Source: Gammaproteobacteria bacterium (GTDB taxonomy: Bacteria; Pseudomonadota; Gammaproteobacteria; GRL18). From it: a DNA stretch of 64,000 bases. Of this stretch, positions 27,368 through 37,233 are shown one piece after another (the first letter of the stretch is position 1; every line of letters begins with the position of its first letter). A program made the translations under genes and the position numbers. The stretch lies in assembly GCA_016744395.1 (NCBI GenBank), contig JADGEK010000012.1, forward strand, positions 2,986 through 66,985, in the 5' to 3' direction. The notes beneath the pieces were generated by a model that was not told the origin of the DNA, searched no databases, and saw only the letters and a list, made by a program, of their open reading frames with translations.

Positions 27368-27826
27368 ATGAACTATGACAATAAAGATTTAGTAATAAAG
27401 AAATATACAAAAGAAAGCAATCAAAGTACTGCTGCTTTTGCCAACCCTCACCAATTGATTCAAATGCTGATGCAAGGGGCATTAGAAAAAATAGCGATTG
27501 CCAAAGGATTTATGAAAAATGGTAATATTGCAAAAAAAGGTGAATATATCTCATGGGCTATTTCTATTATTGAAGGCTTGAGAGTCAGCCTGGATCATAG
27601 CCTGGAAGGAAGAATTTCAGAAAATTTGGAATCTTTGTATCTTTATATGAATAATCGTTTGGCTCTGGCTAATTTGAATAATTCACAAGAAATGTTGGAT
27701 GAGGTCACAGGCTTATTGCTTGATATTAAATCCGGTTGGGATAATATTTCCCAGGATGTGATTGATGAGCATGCTAATAGTGTAGCAGGTCTTCGTCCAG
27801 AATCTTTAACAAATACTAAAATTTAA
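27368..27826 (+). CDS. fliS: Flagellar export chaperone FliS
   Basis: NPHQLIQMLMQGALEKIAIAKG...KGEYISWAISIIEGLRVSLD. Positioned just after fliD. Confidence 0.85.
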   Translation: MNYDNKDLVIKKYTKESNQSTAAFANPHQLIQMLMQGALEKIAIAKGFMKNGNIAKKGEYISWAISIIEGLRVSLDHSLEGRISENLESLYLYMNNRLALANLNNSQEMLDEVTGLLLDIKSGWDNISQDVIDEHANSVAGLRPESLTNTKI

Positions 27827-27844
27827 TATTAAAGCCCGAACTTT

Positions 27845-28162
27845 ATGAATGCAAATAGAAATTTTGAACTCAATCAATTCCAAAAGATCAGTCAAAAAAT
27901 GCTAACTTTAGCTGAGGCTAATGATTGGGAGAGAATACATGAATTAGAAACTGAACGAAAAAAATTAATACAGTCATTTTTTGAAAAACAGCAAACTTCA
28001 ATCCAGAACTTATCTCATGAGGATTGTCATAAAGTTGAACAGACTATTAAAAATGTGTTATCCATTAATCATAAATTGTCACAATTAGCAGAACAAAAAA
28101 AAGTATCTATCAGCCTAAAGTATAAGATATTAAATAAAAATACAGATTATCGGGTACATTGA
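27845..28162 (+). CDS. FliT-like small helical protein
   Basis: Assigned only from position after fliS, size (105 aa) and helical, charged composition. Confidence 0.4.
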   Translation: MNANRNFELNQFQKISQKMLTLAEANDWERIHELETERKKLIQSFFEKQQTSIQNLSHEDCHKVEQTIKNVLSINHKLSQLAEQKKVSISLKYKILNKNTDYRVH

Positions 28163-28269
28163 AATAAGCTCTTATTATGTACATTTTACATCAATAATAT
28201 TTTAATGACATATTGGTTGGATTAGTTTCCAGTCACAGTTTTTTTTATTTGAATAAATAAAAGTATACC

Positions 28270-29226
28270 TCAAAGATAATCAAACAATGAAAGCCCCTGA
28301 ATTTTTGTAAATGCCTGTTGTGAAGCTTGAAGACCAACTTGTTGTTGTTCCAGTCGACTAACTGCTTCCGTATAATCAAGATCTTCTGTATCGGATAACG
28401 TCGATGCCAGTTGTACTAAATAATTACTATTGATGTTTTCCTGATTTTCAGTCGCATTGATTCGTGCACCAATTGCCGCCTGTGAATCGACGACTTGGCC
28501 AAGAGCCTGATCAATATTTTCAATAATACGTGACATAGACTCATGAAAATCTTCAGTTGGACTGGATGATGGGGATCCAGTATTGGTACTCAAAACCGTT
28601 TCTAATTCTTTAACAATCGAAAATATACTCATTGGATAGGTATTACTAGTATCTCCATTATCACTATCACGTATATTCATAAACGTATCAAAGCCATTAT
28701 CACCGCTGGCAATTTGACGAGTGGAACTGACTTGTAAAAGCTGTTGGCCTTGATCCCCCTGATACTCAACAACACCACCATTATTAACAAAGGGAACATT
28801 ACGATTGTCAAATCCACCAAATAAAAATTCACCATTACCATTAGTTGTATTTGAAAAACCGATGATTGCTTCAAAATGTTCCTGAATTTCAAGAGATATT
28901 TCTTCACGTTGAGATGCATCATAGGTATCGTTATTAGCCTGTATACTTAGTTCTCTGACTCTTTGCAATGTATCAACAATACCCTGAAGTGAGGTCTCCT
29001 CTATCTCTAAAGAACTTTTTAGCACATTTATGTTATCCTCAAATTGTTCAGTTCTTGATTTTGCCTGGTTAAGGCCTAGCACTCTTGCAGCTGCTGCTGG
29101 ATCATCAGATGGGGATGTAATACGTTTTCCAGTAGAAAGCTGTAAATAGGTTTCATTAAGCTTGATGCTCTGATTGTTTATAGAAGTCACACCCTGTGAA
29201 TAAACCGTGCTTGTCGCAACTCTCAT
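28270..29226 (-). CDS. flgL: Flagellar hook-filament junction protein FlgL
   Basis: MRVATSTVY...LSTGKRITSPSDDPAAAARVL at the N-terminus, and a flagellin-like C-terminal helix. Confidence 0.85.
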   Translation of the reverse strand: MRVATSTVYSQGVTSINNQSIKLNETYLQLSTGKRITSPSDDPAAAARVLGLNQAKSRTEQFEDNINVLKSSLEIEETSLQGIVDTLQRVRELSIQANNDTYDASQREEISLEIQEHFEAIIGFSNTTNGNGEFLFGGFDNRNVPFVNNGGVVEYQGDQGQQLLQVSSTRQIASGDNGFDTFMNIRDSDNGDTSNTYPMSIFSIVKELETVLSTNTGSPSSSPTEDFHESMSRIIENIDQALGQVVDSQAAIGARINATENQENINSNYLVQLASTLSDTEDLDYTEAVSRLEQQQVGLQASQQAFTKIQGLSLFDYL

Positions 29227-29277
29227 AGTTAGTTACCTTGCCTGTCAGTTTTTAGAATAGGGTTCATTTCAATATTG

Positions 29278-31239
29278 TCATACAGCATTGATCAAAGTTT
29301 GAAACATTTCATCAGCAATAGATACCACTCTGGCAGAAGCTTGATATGCCTGCTGAAACTTAAGTAAATTGGCCGCTTCTTCATCCAGATTTACCCCTGA
29401 ATAGTTTTCTCTATCAGTGATAGCCTGTTCATTTAATGTTTGTTGTGCTGCCAGATCAACCTGCGCTGAATAAGTTTGAGTTCCAACATCTGAGACAATG
29501 ATTCCATAAGCATTCTGAAAGTCTGTTGAGCTGTTTTCCATTGTTTTGCTCGTCTGTAGTTGTGTCATCAAAAGGCCATTTCGATTATCATCGTAGGGAT
29601 CTGAATTGTTCTCTATAACAAACACATCCCCCTGTTCAGGTTGTCCAGTAATTTCAAAGGTAATATTTCCATAACCTGAAAAAGTAACTGACTTGCCGCC
29701 ATTATCAGTGCTTGGATCATAAGCTATTGTTCCACCAGGACCACCTACTACATCAAATCCAGGTATGCTGTCGTTATAGGTTAAAGTAATATCATCAGTT
29801 AAGGGTATATTGGTCAAATTACTAATGGATGGAAGGCTGATATCGCCAGTTCCAGAATTAATGGCACTGCCTGTTGTCCCAGGTATAGTTAAATCAGTAT
29901 CGTTACCTTGTCGAGAAATGATGGGTGATGCAAGCGCAATATCCAGAACATTATTAACGTTTACATCAAAGCTTGCTGCAGCATCATAGGTTGGTCGCAT
30001 TAAAAAACTTTCACCACTGGCAATATCACTGGTGATAGTAAAACCTTCAGTTGTACTCATGGCTGTATTTAAATCAGCAATACTATTCGCTGAATAACTC
30101 ACATTATCGTCTAATCGAGTTAAAACATAAGTACCTGAGTTATTATCAAGACGAAAATCACTGGTTGATAATACTTGGCTATCCGTAATAGTTAAAGAGG
30201 CCGTTGTTGATGAATCTTGACCAGCTAAACCTGAAATTGGTCCAGATAAGTCCATAAAGAAATCACCGCCATTTAACTCCTGTAATGTCATACCAAGCCC
30301 ATGCTGGGCATTAATTTCCTCGGATAGAGCTATAGCAACTCTACCTAGACCGTTACGGGTAGGTTCCAATACATCTTGTTTAAAATCAATAACACCCTGT
30401 AGCTGACCTCCTGAGATCTGCTCAGTTACATTGACTGAAGCATTACCCTGTGTCATTACTATGTCTAAATCTTGTGAGTTAAATTGATTTTGCTGAGTTT
30501 CCAATGTAGAAGCAACTGAACCAACAACCAATGATTGGCCTGAGCCAATAAACAGATTTGCTGCCCCATCATCCTGATAGACAACACTAACATCTATATT
30601 TTCAGCAATCTGTTTAATCAATACCTCACGTTGATCAATCAGATCATTCGGTAGATCACCCTGCCCTGCACCCATTTTTTGTACAATATCGACATTCAAT
30701 TGGGCAATCGATCTGGCTGCATCAGTAACTTCCTGTGTCAAATTAACCAGTTCTTGATTCACTTGATCATTTAACTGAGTAAATCGATCATCCAGCAGTT
30801 GGAATCGGCTTGCCAAAGTTTCAGCCTCAGTTAATAATACTTGCCGTGTTGATGTGGATGAAGGATCATCATTAGCATCCTGTAACGCACTAAAAAAACT
30901 TTCCAGAGTAGAGGTAAGTCCAGAATCAGAATTAGCCAAAATATTATCAATTTGTTCAGAGAGTTCCAAAAATGCATCAACCTGGCCGAGTTGGCTATTA
31001 GAATTGCGTACCTGTTCTTCCAAATATTCATCGGCAAGACGAACTGTAGTCTGTGCACTAACCCCCGTTCCTATATATCCTGAGCCTGAATATTGTGGAA
31101 GATTAGCTTCCTGTTCAGTCCGTTGGCGAGAATATCCTTCTGTATTGACATTGGAAATATTATGACTGGTTGTAGCTAATTGTTTTTGAGATGTGAGCAA
31201 TCCCGATGTTCCTATGCTCAATATACTGCCACTAGCCAT
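29278..31239 (-). CDS. flgK: Flagellar hook-associated protein FlgK
   Basis: SIGTSGLLTSQKQLATTSHNISNVNTEGYSRQ at the N-terminus. C-terminal NLDEEAANLLKFQQAYQASARV. Confidence 0.9.
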   Translation of the reverse strand: MASGSILSIGTSGLLTSQKQLATTSHNISNVNTEGYSRQRTEQEANLPQYSGSGYIGTGVSAQTTVRLADEYLEEQVRNSNSQLGQVDAFLELSEQIDNILANSDSGLTSTLESFFSALQDANDDPSSTSTRQVLLTEAETLASRFQLLDDRFTQLNDQVNQELVNLTQEVTDAARSIAQLNVDIVQKMGAGQGDLPNDLIDQREVLIKQIAENIDVSVVYQDDGAANLFIGSGQSLVVGSVASTLETQQNQFNSQDLDIVMTQGNASVNVTEQISGGQLQGVIDFKQDVLEPTRNGLGRVAIALSEEINAQHGLGMTLQELNGGDFFMDLSGPISGLAGQDSSTTASLTITDSQVLSTSDFRLDNNSGTYVLTRLDDNVSYSANSIADLNTAMSTTEGFTITSDIASGESFLMRPTYDAAASFDVNVNNVLDIALASPIISRQGNDTDLTIPGTTGSAINSGTGDISLPSISNLTNIPLTDDITLTYNDSIPGFDVVGGPGGTIAYDPSTDNGGKSVTFSGYGNITFEITGQPEQGDVFVIENNSDPYDDNRNGLLMTQLQTSKTMENSSTDFQNAYGIIVSDVGTQTYSAQVDLAAQQTLNEQAITDRENYSGVNLDEEAANLLKFQQAYQASARVVSIADEMFQTLINAV

Positions 31240-31399
31240 ATTGAATCTCCTTAATCGTTATTAATGTACGAACCCAGTCACAGTCACCTAGAGAATGAAG
31301 AATGAAAAATGACAATTTCAAACAGTTATATACAGATAAAATATTTAATATGTTTTCCATTTATAATTTAGCCTGATGTAAAAAAACATAAGAGTTTTT

Positions 31400-32776
31400 T
31401 TACAACTGGATAATAGTTTGGGTAATAGTATCCGCTGTTGTAATTGTTTTAGCATTTGCCTGAAAATTACGCTGTGCAGTGATAAGGTTGATTAGCTGTT
31501 CCGTTAAGTCCACATTAGAATCTTCTAGAGCACCTGAGTTAATTAACCCAGCATTACCACTGCCTGGTACATTTTGAATCCCAGAACCTGATGCAAAGGT
31601 CTCACCCCAATAATTGCTGCCTAACTGACTAAGGCCCTGATTATTTGTGAAATTAGTCAGAAAAACCTGCCCCAAATTATTAGATTGTCCATTAGTAAAG
31701 CTTGCAGTGATAATACCTGAATCATCTACTTCAATGCCTGAAAGTTGTCCTGACGTATAACCATTTTGAGTTAAATTAGTAACACCAAAATCAGCCCCGT
31801 ACTGGGTCAAGTCACTGAAATCAATTGAAATGGATTGATCTATGGTCGTACCACCACCTGTTGTCATAACAGGATTACTGGGATAACCCAGGTTTGTCGT
31901 AAAAGAAGAAGTCCCCCCTGAACCTGATAATGACGTTGAGTCTATCGTACCATTGTTTTGAAAAGTTACAGTTTCCAATGGGTTAGTTGATAACCCAGAA
32001 ATACCATGTCCAGTACCAGTGAAGATAATCTGTGGTTCTGAGGAGCTTGAAGCCTGGACTGCAGAAGAATCCATATTGTGAAAAATATTTCCATTTGCAT
32101 CGACTTGTTTAATACCAACTTCCCAGGTATTTGCTGATGATTTTCTAAAATAGATGGATGTTAACATTGGATTACCAAGAGAATCATAGGAAGTAAATGA
32201 TGTTGTATGATTATAACTATCAGGATCGACTGTACCCTGAGAATCCATGGTAAACGAAGTCGTTGGTATTGTTTCCCCTGAATCGATATTAGCGATTAAT
32301 GTCGCTATTGAGGTCTCATTAGGTTCGATGTTTGTACTGACGATCTGTAAATCAACTACTGAGCCAGTATTAATATTGTTTGTGAGAGGATCGACACCAT
32401 AACCTTTTAATGTTGAACCGTTGTTATCAACGATGTATCCATCTAGATCGACTTTAAATTCACCGCTACGAGTATACACACGATTTCCTGATGTATCATC
32501 GAGAGTAAAAAAACCATCTCCAGTTATTCCCATGTCTAAATTATTTTCAGTGAAAATAATATTACCTTGTGTAAACTGTTGAGCTGTCGCAGCAAGGCTG
32601 ACACCACTACCTATGGCAGTTGTTGCAGAGCCAAACTTACTGGTGGCATAGACATCAGAAAATTCAGCTCTTGACTGTTTAAAGCCAGTCGTACTTACAT
32701 TGGATATATTGTTACCGGTAACTTTTAAATCTGCCTGTGCCGCATTTAAGCCGCTTAAACCAATATTAAATGGCAT
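31400..32776 (-). CDS. flgE: Flagellar hook protein FlgE
   Basis: MPFNIGLSGLNAAQADLKVTGNNISNVSTTGFK at the N-terminus. C-terminal SNVDLTEQLINLITAQRNFQANAK. Confidence 0.9.
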   Translation of the reverse strand: MPFNIGLSGLNAAQADLKVTGNNISNVSTTGFKQSRAEFSDVYATSKFGSATTAIGSGVSLAATAQQFTQGNIIFTENNLDMGITGDGFFTLDDTSGNRVYTRSGEFKVDLDGYIVDNNGSTLKGYGVDPLTNNINTGSVVDLQIVSTNIEPNETSIATLIANIDSGETIPTTSFTMDSQGTVDPDSYNHTTSFTSYDSLGNPMLTSIYFRKSSANTWEVGIKQVDANGNIFHNMDSSAVQASSSSEPQIIFTGTGHGISGLSTNPLETVTFQNNGTIDSTSLSGSGGTSSFTTNLGYPSNPVMTTGGGTTIDQSISIDFSDLTQYGADFGVTNLTQNGYTSGQLSGIEVDDSGIITASFTNGQSNNLGQVFLTNFTNNQGLSQLGSNYWGETFASGSGIQNVPGSGNAGLINSGALEDSNVDLTEQLINLITAQRNFQANAKTITTADTITQTIIQL

Positions 32777-32810
32777 AATTAATCTCCTGTTTTCTGGCTT
32801 TTTATATAAG

Positions 32811-33488
32811 TTATCTGATTTCTTCTACTTCTGACAAATAAACACTTCCTGAACCGACAAGGTTTAATTTTATTCCTTGTCCATCCTGTCCAACGGTTAC
32901 ACTATCAACTTTGGCACTAACGAGTACTTCCTGAGCAGTCTCTTCACCACTAATATCTGCAGTCGCTTGAACTTGATAACTACCAGCTGGTAAATTATTT
33001 CCACTATTATCTGTACCATCCCAGCTAAAACTGATTTCACCAGCAGCTTGTGTACCCATTGAAATGGTTTTGACTAATTGACCTGAAGAATCAGTAATTT
33101 CAATAGATAGATCAGTAGTTGATGCACTTAAGTTGATCGATCCTTCCACGTTATTACCACTCTCAAGTTCTGCATTTCCTCCTGGAGCCAAAACACTTCG
33201 ACCAACAAGATTGGAAGCTTGTAACACTGAAGAGGATTGCATTATAGAAGTAAAGCTTTCAAATGATTCCTGTAATTCCTCAATTCCAGCAGCAGTTTCA
33301 AATTGTGCTAATTGACTCAAAAAGTCACCATTTTCTTGCGGCTCCAGTGGGTCCTGGTTTTCTAACTGTGCAATCAGTAACTGCATAAATTGATCCTGAC
33401 TACTTTCTTCCGTCTTGGTCTCAGTATCACTGCTTCCTGTCAGTCCTAAGCTTTCATATATTGATACACTATTATCAATGGTTGACAT
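32811..33488 (-). CDS. flgD: Flagellar hook cap/assembly protein FlgD
   Basis: QDQFMQLLIAQLENQDPLEPQENGDFLSQLAQF, and a FlgD Ig-like C-terminal half. Confidence 0.85.
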   Translation of the reverse strand: MSTIDNSVSIYESLGLTGSSDTETKTEESSQDQFMQLLIAQLENQDPLEPQENGDFLSQLAQFETAAGIEELQESFESFTSIMQSSSVLQASNLVGRSVLAPGGNAELESGNNVEGSINLSASTTDLSIEITDSSGQLVKTISMGTQAAGEISFSWDGTDNSGNNLPAGSYQVQATADISGEETAQEVLVSAKVDSVTVGQDGQGIKLNLVGSGSVYLSEVEEIR

Positions 33489-33682
33489 TTTAATTCCCCT
33501 GATTGCTTAATCTTATTTATAACGATTTCTTTCTACTCAATGCATCAACCTCAATTTAAAATAAAAATGAAGTATCGATTAAATTAACCTGGCATACATG
33601 TCGTTAGTAAATAGGTAAACATTTACCTTTTGTCGTGAAAAAAACTCTTACAATTTTTTATTATTAATTTACTAGTAGAATA

Positions 33683-33708
33683 TGCAGGAAATATGAAGAC
33701 AATATGGA
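33683..33708. promoter_or_regulatory. Shared motif copy 2: TGCAGGAAATATGAAG plus a tandem 11-bp half-site
   Basis: The 16-mer is identical to 23631-23646. Half-sites are GGAAATATGAA (33687-33697) and GACAATATGGA (33698-33708). Downstream similarity GATTTTAGAGATGA matches GATTTTAGGGGTGA in copy 1. Confidence 0.4.
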
Positions 33709-34027
33709 GAAGTTACTGATTTTAGAGATGAGGCAAATTTAATGGTTAAATGGTTTAAGAGAATTATTTATCAATTTTAATTTCTAATATGGACTCTCTA
33801 AAAGTTTCATTATTTTTATCAATTTCATTAATCAATCATTAAAATCATCTTATTATGCCTCGAAAAAGCATTTCGTTTATGATGTTTACAATAAGCATAT
33901 TTTAAGCAAGCAAAAGAATTACTATTGTTTCTACAAAGCAATAAACTTCATTATTTCTTCACATTTCATTCATACTCACTGCTCATTTCAAGCATAAACT
34001 TTTTACTGAGATATAAAATAAATTTGA

Positions 34028-34585
34028 ATGAAGGGAAAAATAATGATTATTGCAATAAAGAAATCAATGATGCTATTTTATAGTTTGATGGTGTTGGGTG
34101 TATTCGGATTTATTAATAATGATACTTATGCAGATCAAAGACCAGGGCCAACCAGACACAGTCCTGTTCATCACCAACCTCACTTCCCTGGCCCAAGTAT
34201 CTATTATGAAAGAAGAGGTCCCTCAAAGCCTTATATTAGACATCGTGGATATGGACACTATCTTCAAGATGATGCCTATCCATGGATAGCCTTCACAGCA
34301 ATAACGCTAAAAGTACTGGATAATGTCAATGAAGATCAGAAAAGAGCTCATGAGTCTGCTCAAGTTAAAGCAACGACAGCACCTGTTGGAGAGAAGGTTA
34401 TCTGGAATGCTGGTAGTGCAACAGGTTCTGTTACAACAGTCCGGGACGGGACAAGTACTTCAGGACGCTATTGTCGTGAATTTCAGCATCAAGTCAAAAT
34501 CGCAGGCAATAATCAGCAAGCATATGGCGTAGCTTGCAGGCAACCCGATGGATCTTGGGAAGTTATAACAACAAACTCAAACTGA
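34028..34585 (+). CDS. Secreted protein with a His/Pro/Arg/Tyr-rich linker and a C-terminal surface-antigen-like domain (17-kDa antigen/RT0821-Lpp0805-like)
   Basis: Signal peptide ending TYA/DQ. Low-complexity RPGPTRHSPVHHQPHFPGPSIYYERRGPSKPYIRHRGYGHY. C-terminal GRYCREFQHQVKIAGNNQQAYGVACRQPDGSWEV. The start could instead be the ATG at 34043. Confidence 0.6.
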   Translation: MKGKIMIIAIKKSMMLFYSLMVLGVFGFINNDTYADQRPGPTRHSPVHHQPHFPGPSIYYERRGPSKPYIRHRGYGHYLQDDAYPWIAFTAITLKVLDNVNEDQKRAHESAQVKATTAPVGEKVIWNAGSATGSVTTVRDGTSTSGRYCREFQHQVKIAGNNQQAYGVACRQPDGSWEVITTNSN

Positions 34586-34767
34586 GAATCCAATCTTAAA
34601 ATAAAGACACAGGCACTCTTGAACATGGCTATCATCGAGTAAAACACAATTTAAAAGCTTGTCTTTTGTCAGAGAGTAATAAAGTTAATGCAAAAGGCTT
34701 AAACAACAAAGATCGTGTTTAAAAATCACTAGGGCTAAGATAAAGTTTTTATCATACAGATAATTGT

Positions 34768-37230
34768 CTAAAAATCATTTTGCAACATATCAGTTATATC
34801 ATTTGCTGGTAAAGGTTTGCTGTATAGATAGCCCTGGAATTCATCACAGCCGTGTTCACGCAGAAATTCTGCTTGCTCAGGCTTCTCAACTCCTTCAGCA
34901 ATGACCTTCAATCCTAGACGTTTGCCCATGGTTAAAATGGTCAGTGCTATTTCTTTGGCTACATCATCTTTGGCAATATCGCGAATAAATGACTGATCGA
35001 TCTTGAGTCGGTTCAAGGGAAAATAGCGCAGATTGCTCAAACTTGAATAACCGGTGCCGAAATCATCAATGGCCAATTCCACCCCCTGTTGCTTAAGTTT
35101 CTGCATAATTGACAAAGTAATATCTAAGTTATGCATCAATGAGCTTTCTGTTATCTCCAGTTCCAGTTGTTCTGGACAGATATTTATCTGTTTAAGTAAT
35201 GAAGCAACACGAGTGACAAGCGTTTGATCTGCAAATTGTACTGGTGATACATTAACAGCCATCCGAATTGGTCTTAAGCCGTTTTGTTGCCATTCCCATA
35301 GTTGTAAACAGGCAGTACTCAATACCCAGTCACCTATGTTCTTTATCAATCCAACGTGTTCTGCAACGGGTATGAATGTTTCTGGTCCAATCCGGCCCAG
35401 TACGGGGTTCTCCCACCTCAATAAGGCCTCAACACCTATAAGTTGACCTGAGCTGGAATCAACCTGTGGCTGATAATAAACTTCAAATTCATTGTTATCC
35501 AAGGCGTGAATAAGTGCCTGCTCCAATCTGGAACGTACTTCCAGTCGGCGTTCTATATCCTGTGAGTAAACACAGACATGTTCGTTGTAGTCAATACGTG
35601 ATTTAAACATTGCGGTGTAAGCGTTACGTAATAAGACCAGACCGTCCTCGCTATCATCGGGCCAGACACTAACGCCAATCTGTGGTGATAAAAGTAATTC
35701 ACGGTGATTAAGATTGAATGGCTTCGTAAGTGCATTTAACAAAGTCTGTGTCATAACCAGAACACTGGCCTGATCCTTAATACCATAGATCAGCACGGCA
35801 AAGTCATCACCATTGAGATGTGCAATAAACTTGTCCTCATTCAGTGCCTGATCCAGTCGCTTGGAAATGGCTTGAAGTATTGGATTGGCCAAGGGCCTGC
35901 CCAGTACCACACTTGCAGCCCCTGGCCAATTGATGTGCAAGATCATAAGGCATGCCATGCCAGTCAAAGGCTCAATGACCACATCCAGATCACGCAAACG
36001 CTCTTCTAACATGCCATGATTGGGTAGACCCGTCACATTATTGTACTGGCGTTGTTGACTAAGCTGCGAAAGGAGCCTGCTTCTAAGTCTGATATCTTCT
36101 CCAATCTGCCAGAGTGACCAGACAGGCCAAGCCAAAACCAATAGCAATAATGCCGTAAATGGGGCAAACCACACTTTAAAAATCCAGAGTATGCAAATGC
36201 TGAATAACACAACAATGATCAGTGCTATCATCATAGCCAAAAGCCCCTTACGCATGGTCTGCAGCAGAATCAAAGGCAGTATAAAAGCGAGCAATACAGC
36301 AGTTAAAACACTTTGTTGCAATGCTCCTAATTCTTCCAGTATATGCCCCTGCAGGAGGCCGTTAAGAATATGTGCATTTAATTCAATACCTGGCATTCTT
36401 TCATGGGAAGGTGCTGCAGGGGTAGAAATGGAATCCCCTAATCCTGCTGCTGTTGCTCCAATAAGAACGTACTTATCCTGAATCCACTTTTCATCAACAC
36501 GGCCTGCCAGTACATCAGTGTATGACACCTGTCGGGGGCGTTGGTCATGAGAGGAGTAAGGGGTTAGCAGGGAGAATTGGCGTTGCCAGACATTTTCGGA
36601 GGCACTGACCTGAGACTTTTTATAAGCTGCCAACTCTAAAGGTTGCTGGCCTGATACTTGTAGCAAAGCTAGTGAAAATGTTGGCCAACGGGCATCACCC
36701 AAACCAGCATAAAGGAAAAAGCGTCGATTCAGTCCGTCACTGTCCAGTTCAATATCAACATGTCCCATGGCTTTGGCTGCAACAACCAGCTCAGGAATGG
36801 ATACTAACTCATCAATACCACCCTGAACTGTCTTCTGCATGGGGGCTAGAACCAGAACCACTCGACCATTGTTCATAATACTTTGGGCAAGCTGAGAATC
36901 TGCCCCGACATCATCATTCTGTGCTTCGGAAAAAAGTATATCAAGACCTATTGCCCTGGGTTTCATTTTGGAGAGTTTATCAATCAGCTCGGCATGGACC
37001 CGACGTGACCAAGGCCAGCGTCCTAGATCTCTGAGGCTGGCATCATCAATTGCGACAATCAGTACCTGATCCAACATCATCGGTGATTGTATTGGATAAA
37101 TAACATCATATAGCAGATAATCCATTTTTCGAAATGACTGGGTCGCAGATAGCCAGCTTCCAATCAATACCCCGAACAGGCTGAGCAGTATAATCAGCCA
37201 GAGCTGTTTTCGATAAAATGGTTGAGCCAT
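34768..37230 (-). CDS. CHASE2 sensor / degenerate GGDEF / EAL protein (likely a c-di-GMP phosphodiesterase)
   Basis: N-terminal TM segment plus a periplasmic CHASE2-like region and a TM bundle. The GGDEF position reads NGDDF (35800-35814). EAL motifs are intact: GVEALLRW, DDFGTGYSSL, KIDQSFIRD. Confidence 0.8.
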   Translation of the reverse strand: MAQPFYRKQLWLIILLSLFGVLIGSWLSATQSFRKMDYLLYDVIYPIQSPMMLDQVLIVAIDDASLRDLGRWPWSRRVHAELIDKLSKMKPRAIGLDILFSEAQNDDVGADSQLAQSIMNNGRVVLVLAPMQKTVQGGIDELVSIPELVVAAKAMGHVDIELDSDGLNRRFFLYAGLGDARWPTFSLALLQVSGQQPLELAAYKKSQVSASENVWQRQFSLLTPYSSHDQRPRQVSYTDVLAGRVDEKWIQDKYVLIGATAAGLGDSISTPAAPSHERMPGIELNAHILNGLLQGHILEELGALQQSVLTAVLLAFILPLILLQTMRKGLLAMMIALIIVVLFSICILWIFKVWFAPFTALLLLVLAWPVWSLWQIGEDIRLRSRLLSQLSQQRQYNNVTGLPNHGMLEERLRDLDVVIEPLTGMACLMILHINWPGAASVVLGRPLANPILQAISKRLDQALNEDKFIAHLNGDDFAVLIYGIKDQASVLVMTQTLLNALTKPFNLNHRELLLSPQIGVSVWPDDSEDGLVLLRNAYTAMFKSRIDYNEHVCVYSQDIERRLEVRSRLEQALIHALDNNEFEVYYQPQVDSSSGQLIGVEALLRWENPVLGRIGPETFIPVAEHVGLIKNIGDWVLSTACLQLWEWQQNGLRPIRMAVNVSPVQFADQTLVTRVASLLKQINICPEQLELEITESSLMHNLDITLSIMQKLKQQGVELAIDDFGTGYSSLSNLRYFPLNRLKIDQSFIRDIAKDDVAKEIALTILTMGKRLGLKVIAEGVEKPEQAEFLREHGCDEFQGYLYSKPLPANDITDMLQNDF

Positions 37231-37233
37231 AAC

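Noticed and set aside
31240-31399. Search for sigma-28 or sigma-54 promoters and a terminator in the flgE-flgK gap.
   Set aside because: No GG-N10-GC or TAAA-N15-GCCGATAA arrangement and no stable hairpin were found by eye. Whether flgKL has its own promoter is left open.
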